Source of the DNA: Acidobacteriota bacterium
GTDB lineage: Bacteria; Acidobacteriota; JAAYUB01
DNA: 64,000 nucleotides
Direction: 5' to 3'
Assembly (NCBI GenBank): GCA_016935015.1
Contig: JAFGRT010000145.1
Location: 1,713-65,712 of the forward strand
Both the position numbers and the translations under genes were made by a program. Below, piece after piece: positions 1 to 9,581 of the stretch (the first letter of the stretch is position 1; every line of letters begins with the position of its first letter). Below the pieces are notes generated by a model. It worked only from the letters and a program-made list of their open reading frames with translations, searched no databases and was not told the DNA's origin.

Positions 1-1922
1 ACGTCGGCCACCTGGATGCCCGGGTTGCCGTCGATGTCATCGATGTAGCCGTCGGCGTCCTCATCCTGGTAGAGAACGACCTGAACCCGCGGAATGCCCG
101 GCTCCCAGGGCTCGGCCGCGCCGTAGCGCGGATCGTCCTCGGCGCGGGTGGTGGAGTAGTACACCACGCCGGACACGCCGCCGTTCTCGCCGGGGGCGTA
201 ACTGGTCTTGCCCCACAGCAGGGCGCTGGTCTGACCGATAAAACCCTGGAAGGCCTGGGTCAGCACCGGCCCCACCTCGGTCCGGTAAGGCATGCCGCCG
301 TTATCGGGCTGGGGCTGGGGATTCAGGATGCCGTTGAATTTCTCGAAAAACCACGGATAGGCCGGGTTGGTGAGATCGGGCAGCACGCCGCCGGCATCCA
401 CCACCACGGTCACGCCCGTGGCTTTAAAACGGAGAAAGTCCACTTCGGCCACCTGCCAGTGAAAAAACGGAAAGATGGTGTCGAACGGGACAAAACCTTC
501 CGAGTCCGTCGGCGCCGCCAGGTAGACGGTGCCGTCGCGCCAGCGCAGGTTGATATTTTGCTCGGGCAGGGGCGGCTCGCCATCATCCCAAAAACCATCC
601 TTGTCGAGGTCGTTGAAAACGTAGTGGTGCAAGCCCGTGAACCAGCTGAACACCGGGATCTGGCCGACGTCCTGGTTCACACCCTCATCCACCAGAATAT
701 CGTGGAAAGAAAAGATATTGACCACGTTGTTGTCGAAGAAGACCAGCTGGTAATTGCCGGCCGGCACGTTGGGGATGGAGAAAGTGCCGTCGGGATTGAC
801 GGGCGCCGCATACATGCCGGGCCCGATGCCGCCGACGCCTTCATTGAGGCCGACCCACGGCGTGGTGTAGTCATACGGCGCGCCGGCCCAGAAATCGTAT
901 TCGGGCGGGCGGGAATAGTGCAGACGCACCACCTGCCCCGAAATGGTGCTGCCCGCACCCGCCGGGGTGGGGATATCGTTGAAGGGCTGCACAAAGCCGA
1001 TAAACACATGCGGCCCGGCCGGACCGAACTCCCTGAAATAAGGGGGCTCACCGGCCTTGACCCAGGCGTCGATGACCTTGGTTCCCTCGATGGTGGAGGT
1101 CTGCTGCCAGCCGGAACCGGCCGGCGGCACGGCCTGGATGCCGTACTTGCCCGGCGCCAGGTTTTTGATGAGGGCGCGGCCCTCGGCATCGGTCATGATG
1201 ACGCCGTTGCCCATCACGTCCACGATGGGCATGTTGTCGGGTCCGAAAACATAGTTTCCGTTGATGTCACGCTCATAGGTCGTGCCCAAGGGATTGTCGA
1301 AGGCATCCTTGATGGCGAAGCCGGCCGACGCGCCGTAGCGGCCGCCGGCATCCTCCACCAGCAGCTGGAAGCCTGCCAGCCCCTGCTCTTCGGGCAGATC
1401 GGGCGCATTGTTGATGGGATAGTTGTCATGAAAGACGAACACGGCGATCTGGGCCGTGGGAATGGGCTGGGCGTGGACCACAATGGTCATCTGCGACTGC
1501 CCGGGCGCCAGCAGACCGCCGCTGATGCTCCAGCCGCGGTCCGGCGGAGCCGGGCGGTCGGGCAGGACCGAAATATAGTAGTACTTGGCCGGATCCAGCG
1601 GCGTCGTGATGATGGCCGTGGAATCACCGGCATGGCCCTTGTCCACCAGCGGCATGTAACTGCGGTGGAAGGAATAGGCCAGCGAGTTCGGATCCTGGAC
1701 TCCGGGAAGGGGATGAAATGTCGTATCCTCCTCGATGAGCCAACGGAATCCGGAAATGGATTCGCCGTTGGGACCGGTCACATGAACGGTCACCACGGCC
1801 AGACCGGAAAACACGAAACTCATCATCATGATCAGGGTTGAGAGGAAAATTTTCCGATGGAGCCCAGAGTAGCGTCTCGTTTCTTTCACGGGTAACTCCT
1901 TGAAGCTAAGATTGCGGTTCAT
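1..1922 (-). CDS. Large secreted/surface protein with SdrD-B-like/carboxypeptidase-regulatory-like beta-sandwich repeats; runs off the window start
   Basis: Not in the ORF track (no stop inside the window). ATG at 1922 after AGGAGA; alternative in-frame GTG at 1889 after AGGAG. Manual translation gives a signal peptide (RKIFLSTLIMMMSFVFSGLA), then FRWLIEEDTTFHP..., TDAEGRALIKNLAPGKY, FNDLDKDGFWDDGEPPLP (SdrD-like Ca-binding motif) and WEPGIPRVQVVLY. The frame is open to position 3. Confidence 0.8.
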   Translation of the reverse strand, partial: MNRNLSFKELPVKETRRYSGLHRKIFLSTLIMMMSFVFSGLAVVTVHVTGPNGESISGFRWLIEEDTTFHPLPGVQDPNSLAYSFHRSYMPLVDKGHAGDSTAIITTPLDPAKYYYISVLPDRPAPPDRGWSISGGLLAPGQSQMTIVVHAQPIPTAQIAVFVFHDNYPINNAPDLPEEQGLAGFQLLVEDAGGRYGASAGFAIKDAFDNPLGTTYERDINGNYVFGPDNMPIVDVMGNGVIMTDAEGRALIKNLAPGKYGIQAVPPAGSGWQQTSTIEGTKVIDAWVKAGEPPYFREFGPAGPHVFIGFVQPFNDIPTPAGAGSTISGQVVRLHYSRPPEYDFWAGAPYDYTTPWVGLNEGVGGIGPGMYAAPVNPDGTFSIPNVPAGNYQLVFFDNNVVNIFSFHDILVDEGVNQDVGQIPVFSWFTGLHHYVFNDLDKDGFWDDGEPPLPEQNINLRWRDGTVYLAAPTDSEGFVPFDTIFPFFHWQVAEVDFLRFKATGVTVVVDAGGVLPDLTNPAYPWFFEKFNGILNPQPQPDNGGMPYRTEVGPVLTQAFQGFIGQTSALLWGKTSYAPGENGGVSGVVYYSTTRAEDDPRYGAAEPWEPGIPRVQVVLYQDEDADGYIDDIDGNPGIQVAD

Positions 1923-1935
1923 ATACCGATTCTCC

Positions 1936-2343
1936 TTAATTGGCCAAATGAGAGTGGGAGGGACCATCGCCCTTCTCGTCCGGGGGGGGCGTCCGGTCAC
2001 ACTGTTCGATGAGCCGGACCAGCCGTTCCATGGCGAAGGGCTTGGCCAGGCAACTGCAGGCGCCGGCGCTCAGGGAGTCGGACAGCTCTTTGGCGCCGGC
2101 ACTGCCGGAGATGATGATGACCGGCACATCCTGGTTGATCTTCTTGATGATCCTCATTGTATCGGTCCCGCTGAGGCGGGGCATGCGGATATCGAAGAGC
2201 AGCAGGTCATACGGATGCTCCATATAACTGAGGACGGCTTCCACGCCGTCACCCACAAGGTCCACATGATGGTGCATCTCTTCCAGCTCCTCTTTCAGGA
2301 CAAAACCAAAATTGCGATCGTCTTCAGCCAGCAATATGTTCAT
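1936..2343 (-). CDS. Single-domain response regulator (receiver only)
   Basis: ILLAEDD acidic pocket, FDIRMP phosphoacceptor, KPF motif; RBS GGAGAGG. Confidence 0.9.
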   Translation of the reverse strand: MNILLAEDDRNFGFVLKEELEEMHHHVDLVGDGVEAVLSYMEHPYDLLLFDIRMPRLSGTDTMRIIKKINQDVPVIIISGSAGAKELSDSLSAGACSCLAKPFAMERLVRLIEQCDRTPPPDEKGDGPSHSHLAN

Positions 2344-2376
2344 TACACCTCTCCTCGCAGGAACGGCCTATAGTTA

Positions 2377-2392
2377 AGCAATATACTTGCCA
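2377..2392 (-). promoter_or_regulatory. sigma54 (-24/-12) promoter for the receiver/surface-protein operon
   Basis: Minus strand TGGCAAGTATATTGCT = GG-N10-GC, close to consensus TGGCAC-N5-TTGCW, about 35 bp upstream of the start codon. Confidence 0.8.
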
Positions 2393-2444
2393 ATAAGCGA
2401 ATTCCTTTTTAAAAAAGGGATTAACAAAATAAGGATTTCTGGAT

Positions 2445-2483
2445 TCGGGCATTTTGCCCGACAAAGTACGGACAGAATGCCCG
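2445..2483. promoter_or_regulatory. Tandem palindromic upstream activator sites (putative bEBP binding sites)
   Basis: TCGGGCA-TTT-TGCCCGA (2445-2461, perfect inverted repeat) and CGGACAGAATGCCCG (2469-2483), 23 bp apart, separated from the sigma54 site by an AT-rich tract. Confidence 0.65.
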
Positions 2484-2488
2484 ATATC

Positions 2489-5302
2489 CTAGGCGGTATC
2501 GTTCTGAACGGGGAGATGGATCAGGAAGGAAGCCCCCTCACCCGGAACGGATCTCACCTCGATCCGGCCCTGCATATCGGTGATGATACGACTGGCGATG
2601 GACAGCCCCAGGCCGGTCCCGCCGCGGTCATGCTTGGTGGAATAAAATGGCTCCATGATCCGTCCCTGAACCTCGGCCGGTATGCCCGGTCCTGAGTCAT
2701 GGATGGCCACACAAACCGTACCGCTTTTATGCGTGGTCTCTACGGCCAGGGTGCCCCGGTCGGCCATGGCATCGAGGGCGTTGACAACGATGGCCAGAAA
2801 CACCTGCCGCAACTCGCCCTCGTTGCCGGAAACCGCCGGCAAAGGGTCGGCGAAATTGCGCATCACCTTCACCCGCTTCAGTCGGCCCTGGTACCCCACC
2901 ATTTCGATGGTGCGGTCCAGGATGTAATTGAGGTTGAGTCCTTCTTCGCTGTCCGGCGAGCGTCGCACGAAGCTCAGCATATTGGTGGTGATGGCGGTGC
3001 ACCGGGCCACCTCCTCCTCGATGATGCCCAGGTAGCTGCCGAACAGATCGGCCTGGTACTCGTCGTGGACGATCCGGCGCTGCAGTCCTTCGGCGCACGC
3101 GGAAATGGTGGCCAGGGGATTGTTGATCTCGTGGGCGATGCCCGCCGCCATCTGTCCCAGGGCGGCCAGGCGATCGCTGAGGATGAGTTTCATCTCGTTA
3201 TCCTTGCGCTCGGTGATATCCTTGGCGATGCGGATACAGAAGGCGAACTCGCCGTCGGGAGACTTGTAGGGGAAGACGGACAATTGCCACACCTTGCCCT
3301 TGACGGAGTCCCGAAATTCTCGGGTCACCGGCATATCGCCGTGGCGGACTTCGCGGTTGAAGCAATCCGCGATAGGCTGGTCCTGCTCATGGATCAGGTC
3401 GTAGCATTTGCGGCAAGGGACCTCGTCCGGCGTCAGCTTGTAGTACTCCATGAAGGCGCGATTGGCCTTGAGGATGTTGTGCTCCTGGTCATGGATGGAG
3501 ATCAGGTCGGTGATGGCATCGAAGGTGGCCTGCCATTCCTGGTGGGAGCGGGCCAGGATCCGCAATTTCTCCATCTCCTGCCTTTCAATCTGGAATATTC
3601 GGTTTTCCGTCACATCGCGGAAAACGATGACTGAACCACCGGGATCGTCAGCAGGACCAGGCAATGGGGTGAAACTGTAGTTAATGTAGTTTTGTCGCCC
3701 GCGGTCGCCCAGCAAGATGGCTTCCCGGGACTGCCGCCGCGCACCGTTTTGGCTGAGGGCCGCCCAGTCGGCCGCATCGAAATGCACTTCGCCCTTTTCG
3801 TCGAGCAGCTGGGCAACCTCCTCCAGGCGATGCCCGGCGATCTCTCCAAACGGCCGGCCGATGAGCCGCTCCGCCGCCGGATTCATCGACCGGACCCGGC
3901 CGTCCTTGTCCAGGGTGATGACGCCGTCGGAGAGACTGGCCAGCAGGATGCCCAGCCGCTCCTTCTCGGTATTGAGGGCCGCGGCGCTGCGCTTAAGATC
4001 CGTGATATCGGCCATGGTGCCCACATACCCCGCAATTTGCCCATTTTCAGCAATTTCAGGCGTGGTTTCGCCGATGATCCAGGTCACCTGGCCGTCCGGG
4101 TGGACGAAACGGACTTCCGTCCGGAAAGATTCCTGCCGCTGCACGGCGTCCCGCCAGCCGGCCAGGACCCGCTCACGGTCGGCGGGGTGGATGCCGTCGG
4201 CCCAACCCAGGCCCATGCTGTCGGTGGTGGTCAGGCCGGAGAGCTCGGTACAGCGCCGGTTGACATACGTCACGCGGCCCGCGGCATCCGTTCGGAAAAT
4301 GCCGGCGGGTGAAATGCGGGCGATGGTATCCAGCTGCCGCTCACGCCGGCGCAATGATTCTGCCGCCGCGCGTCGTTCAGTCACCACCGCGGCCAGCGTC
4401 ATGCCGGTGCTGGCCACGATCACCAGAAAGATCTGCAGATAGATGATGTTTACCTGGCTATCGCCGATGATGAACGGGCCCCGTCCTGCCAGGGTCCCCC
4501 AGAAGGCTTCGACGGCCACGATCAGGACGAGGGTGGCAACGCCCGCCTGGCCGAAGCGGAGGGCCGCCCAGATCACGAGGGGAAACAGCAGGATGGCAAA
4601 GACATAGGCGAGTTCATCGTACAGCCACATCCGGTGGATGGATTGCCCCATCACCAGCACCAGCCCCACCAGGATGGCCCCTTCCAGCCAGCGCCACCGG
4701 GTGCCCGGGAACAGCATGGGTGCCTGCAGCGCCAACAGCAGCGGGGCAAGGATCAGCACACCCATGGCCTCCCCAAATCGCCAGCCCAGGCCAACCGGCA
4801 GAAGATCGGCGGCCGGATGGCCCCCGAGCCAGAGGCAGAAACAGATGATGCCGGCGCTCACCAGGGGACCGATGCCGAAACCGATGGCGATCAGGCTGAG
4901 GACATCGCGAATCCGGTCCAGTTCCAGCCGGAAACCGGCGAACCGGTGCAGCAGATAAGCCGCCGTCAGTGCGCCCGCCAGGTCGCCGGCAGCCACCCCC
5001 GCCGCCAGTTCGAAAGGCACCGGCAGCACCAACGCCGCCAGGCCGGCCCCGACGACCACTCCCGGCCACAGGCGACAGCCGAACCGCAGCAAGAAGGCCA
5101 GGGCCACACCGGCGGGGGGCCAGAGGAGTGAGGTGCTTTCGGTAAAGAAGGGGGGCGTCAGACCGATCATGGCGCCGGCCAGGTAGATCGCCACCAGGAG
5201 CAGGATCCTGAGCAGGCCGCGGGGAGAAGCCGTCGTTACCGGGGCAGACATCCGTTGGTTGTCCATAGCCTCATTCATCGCCGCTGCCGGCCACGCCCTC
5301 AT
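2489..5302 (-). CDS. Membrane sensor histidine kinase, MASE1-PAS-PAS-PAS-HisKA-HATPase
   Basis: MASE1-type TM region (LWPPAGVALA, WAALRFG), three PAS/PAC domains, H-box AHEINNPL, N-box NALDA, G-boxes DSGPG and GTGLGL; start may be a downstream ATG. Confidence 0.9.
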   Translation of the reverse strand: MRAWPAAAMNEAMDNQRMSAPVTTASPRGLLRILLLVAIYLAGAMIGLTPPFFTESTSLLWPPAGVALAFLLRFGCRLWPGVVVGAGLAALVLPVPFELAAGVAAGDLAGALTAAYLLHRFAGFRLELDRIRDVLSLIAIGFGIGPLVSAGIICFCLWLGGHPAADLLPVGLGWRFGEAMGVLILAPLLLALQAPMLFPGTRWRWLEGAILVGLVLVMGQSIHRMWLYDELAYVFAILLFPLVIWAALRFGQAGVATLVLIVAVEAFWGTLAGRGPFIIGDSQVNIIYLQIFLVIVASTGMTLAAVVTERRAAAESLRRRERQLDTIARISPAGIFRTDAAGRVTYVNRRCTELSGLTTTDSMGLGWADGIHPADRERVLAGWRDAVQRQESFRTEVRFVHPDGQVTWIIGETTPEIAENGQIAGYVGTMADITDLKRSAAALNTEKERLGILLASLSDGVITLDKDGRVRSMNPAAERLIGRPFGEIAGHRLEEVAQLLDEKGEVHFDAADWAALSQNGARRQSREAILLGDRGRQNYINYSFTPLPGPADDPGGSVIVFRDVTENRIFQIERQEMEKLRILARSHQEWQATFDAITDLISIHDQEHNILKANRAFMEYYKLTPDEVPCRKCYDLIHEQDQPIADCFNREVRHGDMPVTREFRDSVKGKVWQLSVFPYKSPDGEFAFCIRIAKDITERKDNEMKLILSDRLAALGQMAAGIAHEINNPLATISACAEGLQRRIVHDEYQADLFGSYLGIIEEEVARCTAITTNMLSFVRRSPDSEEGLNLNYILDRTIEMVGYQGRLKRVKVMRNFADPLPAVSGNEGELRQVFLAIVVNALDAMADRGTLAVETTHKSGTVCVAIHDSGPGIPAEVQGRIMEPFYSTKHDRGGTGLGLSIASRIITDMQGRIEVRSVPGEGASFLIHLPVQNDTA

Positions 5303-5402
5303 GCCGCGTTGCCCTTACGGCCGGTTCTTTCCGGGCGGCGGTGAATTCCTTGCGTCATTCGGGCACGGTCCGCCGGCACGATTGGCGAACGACCGGTGCC
5401 GT

Positions 5403-6722
5403 TTAGTCATCTATTCCGTAGCTGTTCATCTTGCGATATAACGTTTTGGCGTCGATGCCCAGTATTTCCGCCGTCTGGCCGCGATGCCCGCCGGTCTGGG
5501 CCAGGATATGGCGGATGTGCTCCCGCTCAACGTCTTTCAGGCTGCGAAGATCCCGATTGTGTCCCGTTCGTTCCACACCATGAAAATCCTGGGGCTGCAA
5601 CTCATCACTCTGGTGCAGGAGGACCGCCCGCTGCAGCACGTTCAACAGCTCCCGCACATTCCCGGGCCAGTCGTATTCCGCCAGCAAATCCATAGCCGCC
5701 CGGCTGATCTTCTTGCCGCGCGCCACCGGATGGGTGACCATAAAATGGCGCGTCAACGCCACGATATCTTCACGGCGCTCCCGCAAGGGCGGGATGTGCA
5801 GGTTGATGGCGCCGATGCGCCAGTAGAGATCCTCGCGGAACATGCCCCGCTCGCATTCGGCCGTCAGATTCTTGTTGGACGCGGAAACGATGCGCACATC
5901 GGACCGCAGCTCGCGGGTACCGCCCACCCGAAAATAGGTGCCGGTTTCCAGTACCCGCAATAGCTTGGCCTGGGTAGTCAGCGGCATCTCACCGATCTCG
6001 TCGATAAAGAAAGTGCCTTCGTGCGCCAGTTCGAACAGGCCGGGCTTCTGGGCGGCGGCTCCGGTAAACGCCCCTTTTTCGTGGCCGAAGAACTCACTTT
6101 CGAACATGCTTTCGGTGAAGGCGCTGCAATTCACCGCGATGAACGATTTCGCGGCACGCGGCGATGCCGAATGCACCGCCCGGGCCACCAATTCCTTGCC
6201 CACCCCGGTTTCACCCGAAATATGCACCGCCACGTCCGAAGGCGCCACGCGGCGGACATTATCCAGCACTTGCCGTATCTTGGGGCTGTCGGTGACGATC
6301 TCGGGGAACTCCATCTGACGCTGAATCTGCGAACGCAGCAGACGATTTTCCCGGACCAGGCCATGCTTTTCGGCGGCCCGCCGGATGACGGCCACCAGTT
6401 CCTGAATCTTGACAGGTTTGATGAGAAAATCGTAGGCGCCGAGCTTCATGGCTTCCACCGCGGTGGGTACGGTGGCATTGGCCGTCAGCAGGACGACTTC
6501 GGTGGTGATCTCTTCCTTTTTAAGGGTCTGCAGAACTTCCATTCCGCTCAGCCCGGGCATGGTCAGATCCAGCAACAGGACGTCGAAATCATCGTGGCGG
6601 AGCATCTCCAGGGCCGTCTGCCCTGCCGGAGCTTCACGGGTATCAAAGCCCTCGCTTGCCAGCTCGGTGGCCAATACGCTGCGCAGGTTTTTGTCATCAT
6701 CGGTAATCAGAAGCCGGATCAT
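5403..6722 (-). CDS. NtrC-family sigma54-dependent response regulator (bacterial enhancer-binding protein)
   Basis: Receiver domain, Walker A GETGVGKE, GAFTGA loop, FIDEIGE, WPGNVREL, Fis-type HTH (AEILGIDAKTLYRK). Confidence 0.95.
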   Translation of the reverse strand: MIRLLITDDDKNLRSVLATELASEGFDTREAPAGQTALEMLRHDDFDVLLLDLTMPGLSGMEVLQTLKKEEITTEVVLLTANATVPTAVEAMKLGAYDFLIKPVKIQELVAVIRRAAEKHGLVRENRLLRSQIQRQMEFPEIVTDSPKIRQVLDNVRRVAPSDVAVHISGETGVGKELVARAVHSASPRAAKSFIAVNCSAFTESMFESEFFGHEKGAFTGAAAQKPGLFELAHEGTFFIDEIGEMPLTTQAKLLRVLETGTYFRVGGTRELRSDVRIVSASNKNLTAECERGMFREDLYWRIGAINLHIPPLRERREDIVALTRHFMVTHPVARGKKISRAAMDLLAEYDWPGNVRELLNVLQRAVLLHQSDELQPQDFHGVERTGHNRDLRSLKDVEREHIRHILAQTGGHRGQTAEILGIDAKTLYRKMNSYGIDD

Positions 6723-6799
6723 CGGTTTTCTCTCTCCCCCGCCGGAGGAATTCCCTTACGCTCTGCCTGCCCATGTCAAAGGATTACCGTTCCCAAGTT

Positions 6800-6880
6800 T
6801 ATTGTCGTTGTCGTAACCGTAATCAATCTTTTCCTCGTTCTCGACGTCATCTTCCCTCCGATTGCGATACCGATTTCGAT
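6800..6880. repeat. Degenerate hexamer low-complexity tract
   Basis: TTGTCGTTGTCGTAACCGTAATC ... CGATTGCGATACCGATTTCGAT, in an intergenic region. Confidence 0.4.
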
Positions 6881-7169
6881 GGCAAGACCAAGGTAGCCCA
6901 ATGGAACGACGACATATTTCCTCCGTTTCCAGGCACAACGGCAAAGATATCTTTCACTTCAATCAGATGCAGGCGGTGGCCGGCCGTTGCAACTATTCCG
7001 CCGGGCCGGGAGATGGTCAGCCCCGGGGCGAGGGGGGACGATCACCGTCGATGAAGAGCCGGCGGCACCGGGCAGAACCGGCCGTCGTTCTTGCCTGCCA
7101 CCGGTGGACCTGCTACAATCGGGCCATCTGTTATCCACAGATAAAGCGACTCTTTCTCGGGAGGCTCAC

Positions 7170-7655
7170 GTGGAATCCGCCGCTTTGACCATCCGGCCAG
7201 CCACAGCCAAAGACGTACCCCTGATCCTGCACTTCATCCGCCGGCTGGCGGAGTACGAACGGCTGGCCCACGAGGTCACGGCCACCGAAGATGTGCTGCG
7301 GGAGACACTGTTCGGCCGCCGGCCGTCGGCGGAGGTCATCCTCGGCTACCTGGGACCGCAACCGGTGGGCTTCGCCTTGTTTTTCCACAATTTTTCCACC
7401 TTCCTGGGCCGCCCGGGCATCTACCTGGAAGATCTTTTTATCGAAGAGGACTACCGGCGGCGCGGCTTCGGGCGGGCCATGCTGCGCCACCTGGCCCGGC
7501 TGGCCCTGGAGCGGAACTGCGGCCGGCTGGAATGGTGGGTCCTGGACTGGAACCGGCCGGCCATCGACTTCTACCGGCGCATCGGTGCCGTCCCCATGTC
7601 CGACTGGACCGTGTACCGCCTATCGGGTGCGGCCCTGCAGCGCCTGGCCGAATAA
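7170..7655 (+). CDS. GNAT acetyltransferase, diamine/spermidine N-acetyltransferase-like
   Basis: GTG start after GGGAGG; LAEYE, FSTFLGRPGIYLEDLF, RRRGFG acetyl-CoA motif, WVLDWNRPAIDFY. Confidence 0.9.
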   Translation: MESAALTIRPATAKDVPLILHFIRRLAEYERLAHEVTATEDVLRETLFGRRPSAEVILGYLGPQPVGFALFFHNFSTFLGRPGIYLEDLFIEEDYRRRGFGRAMLRHLARLALERNCGRLEWWVLDWNRPAIDFYRRIGAVPMSDWTVYRLSGAALQRLAE

Positions 7656-7658
7656 GGC

Positions 7659-7903
7659 ATGCGGGCGAAACCGGCCGTGCCGGACATAAACCTTTTCGTC
7701 ATGATCGCCGCCGCTGTCTTCTATTATCGCCTCGGCCGGGCGGAATACGGCAGCGGCAGGGTCACCATGTCGGCCAGCGCGTGCTGTCCGTCATCGCCGG
7801 GTATGCCGGCGTGACGCTCATGGCTGTCCTCCTGCGGCAGATCGCCCTCTTCATTATGCTCATCGCCTGGAACTGGTTCTCCGGCCACGATCCGCACGTT
7901 TAA
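7659..7903 (+). pseudogene. Probable frameshifted small membrane protein gene
   Basis: The frame from ATG 7659/7701 gives MIAAAVFYYRLGRAEYGSGRVTMSAS. A hydrophobic continuation VLSVIAGYAG...LFIMLIAWNWFSGHDPHV* lies in another frame from 7781. One base is missing near 7779-7780. Confidence 0.4.
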
Positions 7904-7984
7904 TTCCGGGAAAACCTCCCCCTGACGGCACCCGCCCTCGGTCTGGTCCTGCACCGACCCTCCGGAAGAGACCGAAAAGTTTCA

Positions 7985-8013
7985 TTGACAAAAAAAGCAA
8001 CATGCTTTTAAAT
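7985..8013 (+). promoter_or_regulatory. Putative sigma70 promoter with an inverted repeat in the spacer
   Basis: TTGACA (7985-7990), 17 bp, TTAAAT; AAAAGCA-N3-TGCTTTT at 7993-8009. Confidence 0.45.
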
Positions 8014-8045
8014 AAAATCGACTTAACCAGAGGCTTGGGGTTTTC

Positions 8046-9581
8046 ATGGCGGAACAATTTCAATCTGTCTGCCTGGATGACAAGAAGAGTTCATCACGCA
8101 GTCATGTGTTTTTCATTCTCTTCTCCCTGACCCCCATCATCGGGGTGGCCGCCTTCGCCCTCATCTTCGTTTTTCCTCAACCGGCCGTCGCCGAATCGAA
8201 CCTTTTCCGCTATATCTTTTTCGGTGTTCTCATGATGGTGCTGCTGGCTTCCGTCCTGGGCTACGGGTTGACCATGCGGCGGATCCGGCGGATGCAGTCA
8301 GCGGAACTGGTGCCGACCACCGAGTCCCTGCTGCTGGTCAAACTTTACATCTTTCAGTCCCTGATCCCCCTGGCCTGTCTGTCGCTGCTCCTGTTCATCT
8401 ATCTGTTCCCCGAAATTGTCTCCGAGCGGACCAACCCCCTCAAACTGTACGTGCTCCTCGGCGCCATCGTGCTCTGTTTCGCCCTTTCCCTGCTGGGCTA
8501 TTCCCTGTCCAAGCGGGACATGTCCGGCACCTTCCAGCAGCTCCGCGACTACACCGAAAAGGTGGACAACCTGAACAAGGTCTCCACGGCCATTTCCCAG
8601 GTCCACAATATGGACGAGGTCTACGCCCGCATCATTCAGGGCACGCAATCCCTGGTGCGGGCCGCTTCCTGTTACCTTTTCACCCTGGATGAGACGGGCT
8701 GGGTGCTGCGCGAACAGCAGGGTCGGCCCTGGGAAAAGATTCCCGAAAAGGAGATCGGCAATCTGAAGGAGCTCCTGGCGAACATTCAGGAGGACAACCG
8801 GATCCAGTGCTTCGAATATGACCAGACGACCAACCGCAAAGTGCAGGCCATGATCGTTCCCTTCAGGGGGAGCGGCCAGTCTCAGGCCGCCATGCTGCTC
8901 ATCGGCAAAAAAGAGACCGACGGCCACTTCAACCGGATGGATCTCAATATTCTCCAGTCGCTGACGCTGCAGGCGACCATCAGTATCGAGAATGCCGAAT
9001 TCCGGGAAGTGCAGATCAACTATTTCACCCATACCATCGGATTGCTGGTCATGAGTCTGGAAGGCGAGATCGTCCCGCGTGATCATCTGCACAACGTGGC
9101 GCGTTTCGCCAGCATGATCTCCCGGCGACTCAATATTGAAGAGGACGAGCGGCGCGATATTTACTTCGCCGCCCTGCTGCATGACATCGGCATGCTGAAA
9201 ATCCGGCGCGAGCTCATCACCCAGCCGAAGCACTACCGCCAGCACCCCATCCTGGGCGCGCGGCTGGTCGGTCGCATCATGCTTTGGAAGGACCTGGTCC
9301 CCATCATCCGTCATCACCATGAATACTTTGACGGCACCGGCTACCCGTACGGACTCATGGGGCCGGAAATCCCCCTGGCCGCCCGCATCATCGGTATCGC
9401 CGAGGCTTTCGACGCCATGACCAACACCAATTCCTACCGTCCCTCCATGAGCTTCAGCGATGCCATGGAAGATCTTAAAAAATACAGCGGCACTCGATAC
9501 GATCCCCGACTGGTGGAAATTTTTGAAGAGGAATTGCGCGCCAACGACCTGCTGCCCCCCATCGAGGCTACCTCAGAATAA
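8046..9581 (+). CDS. Membrane-anchored GAF/HD-GYP domain protein (c-di-GMP phosphodiesterase family)
   Basis: Four TM helices, GAF-like region, LLHDIG, HPILG, HHEYFDGTGYP, AFDAMT...YR. Confidence 0.85.
   Translation: MAEQFQSVCLDDKKSSSRSHVFFILFSLTPIIGVAAFALIFVFPQPAVAESNLFRYIFFGVLMMVLLASVLGYGLTMRRIRRMQSAELVPTTESLLLVKLYIFQSLIPLACLSLLLFIYLFPEIVSERTNPLKLYVLLGAIVLCFALSLLGYSLSKRDMSGTFQQLRDYTEKVDNLNKVSTAISQVHNMDEVYARIIQGTQSLVRAASCYLFTLDETGWVLREQQGRPWEKIPEKEIGNLKELLANIQEDNRIQCFEYDQTTNRKVQAMIVPFRGSGQSQAAMLLIGKKETDGHFNRMDLNILQSLTLQATISIENAEFREVQINYFTHTIGLLVMSLEGEIVPRDHLHNVARFASMISRRLNIEEDERRDIYFAALLHDIGMLKIRRELITQPKHYRQHPILGARLVGRIMLWKDLVPIIRHHHEYFDGTGYPYGLMGPEIPLAARIIGIAEAFDAMTNTNSYRPSMSFSDAMEDLKKYSGTRYDPRLVEIFEEELRANDLLPPIEATSE

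Noticed and set aside
459-1841. 460-aa plus-strand ORF
   Set aside because: Antisense shadow of the minus-strand secreted protein, which has an RBS, a signal peptide and recognisable motifs
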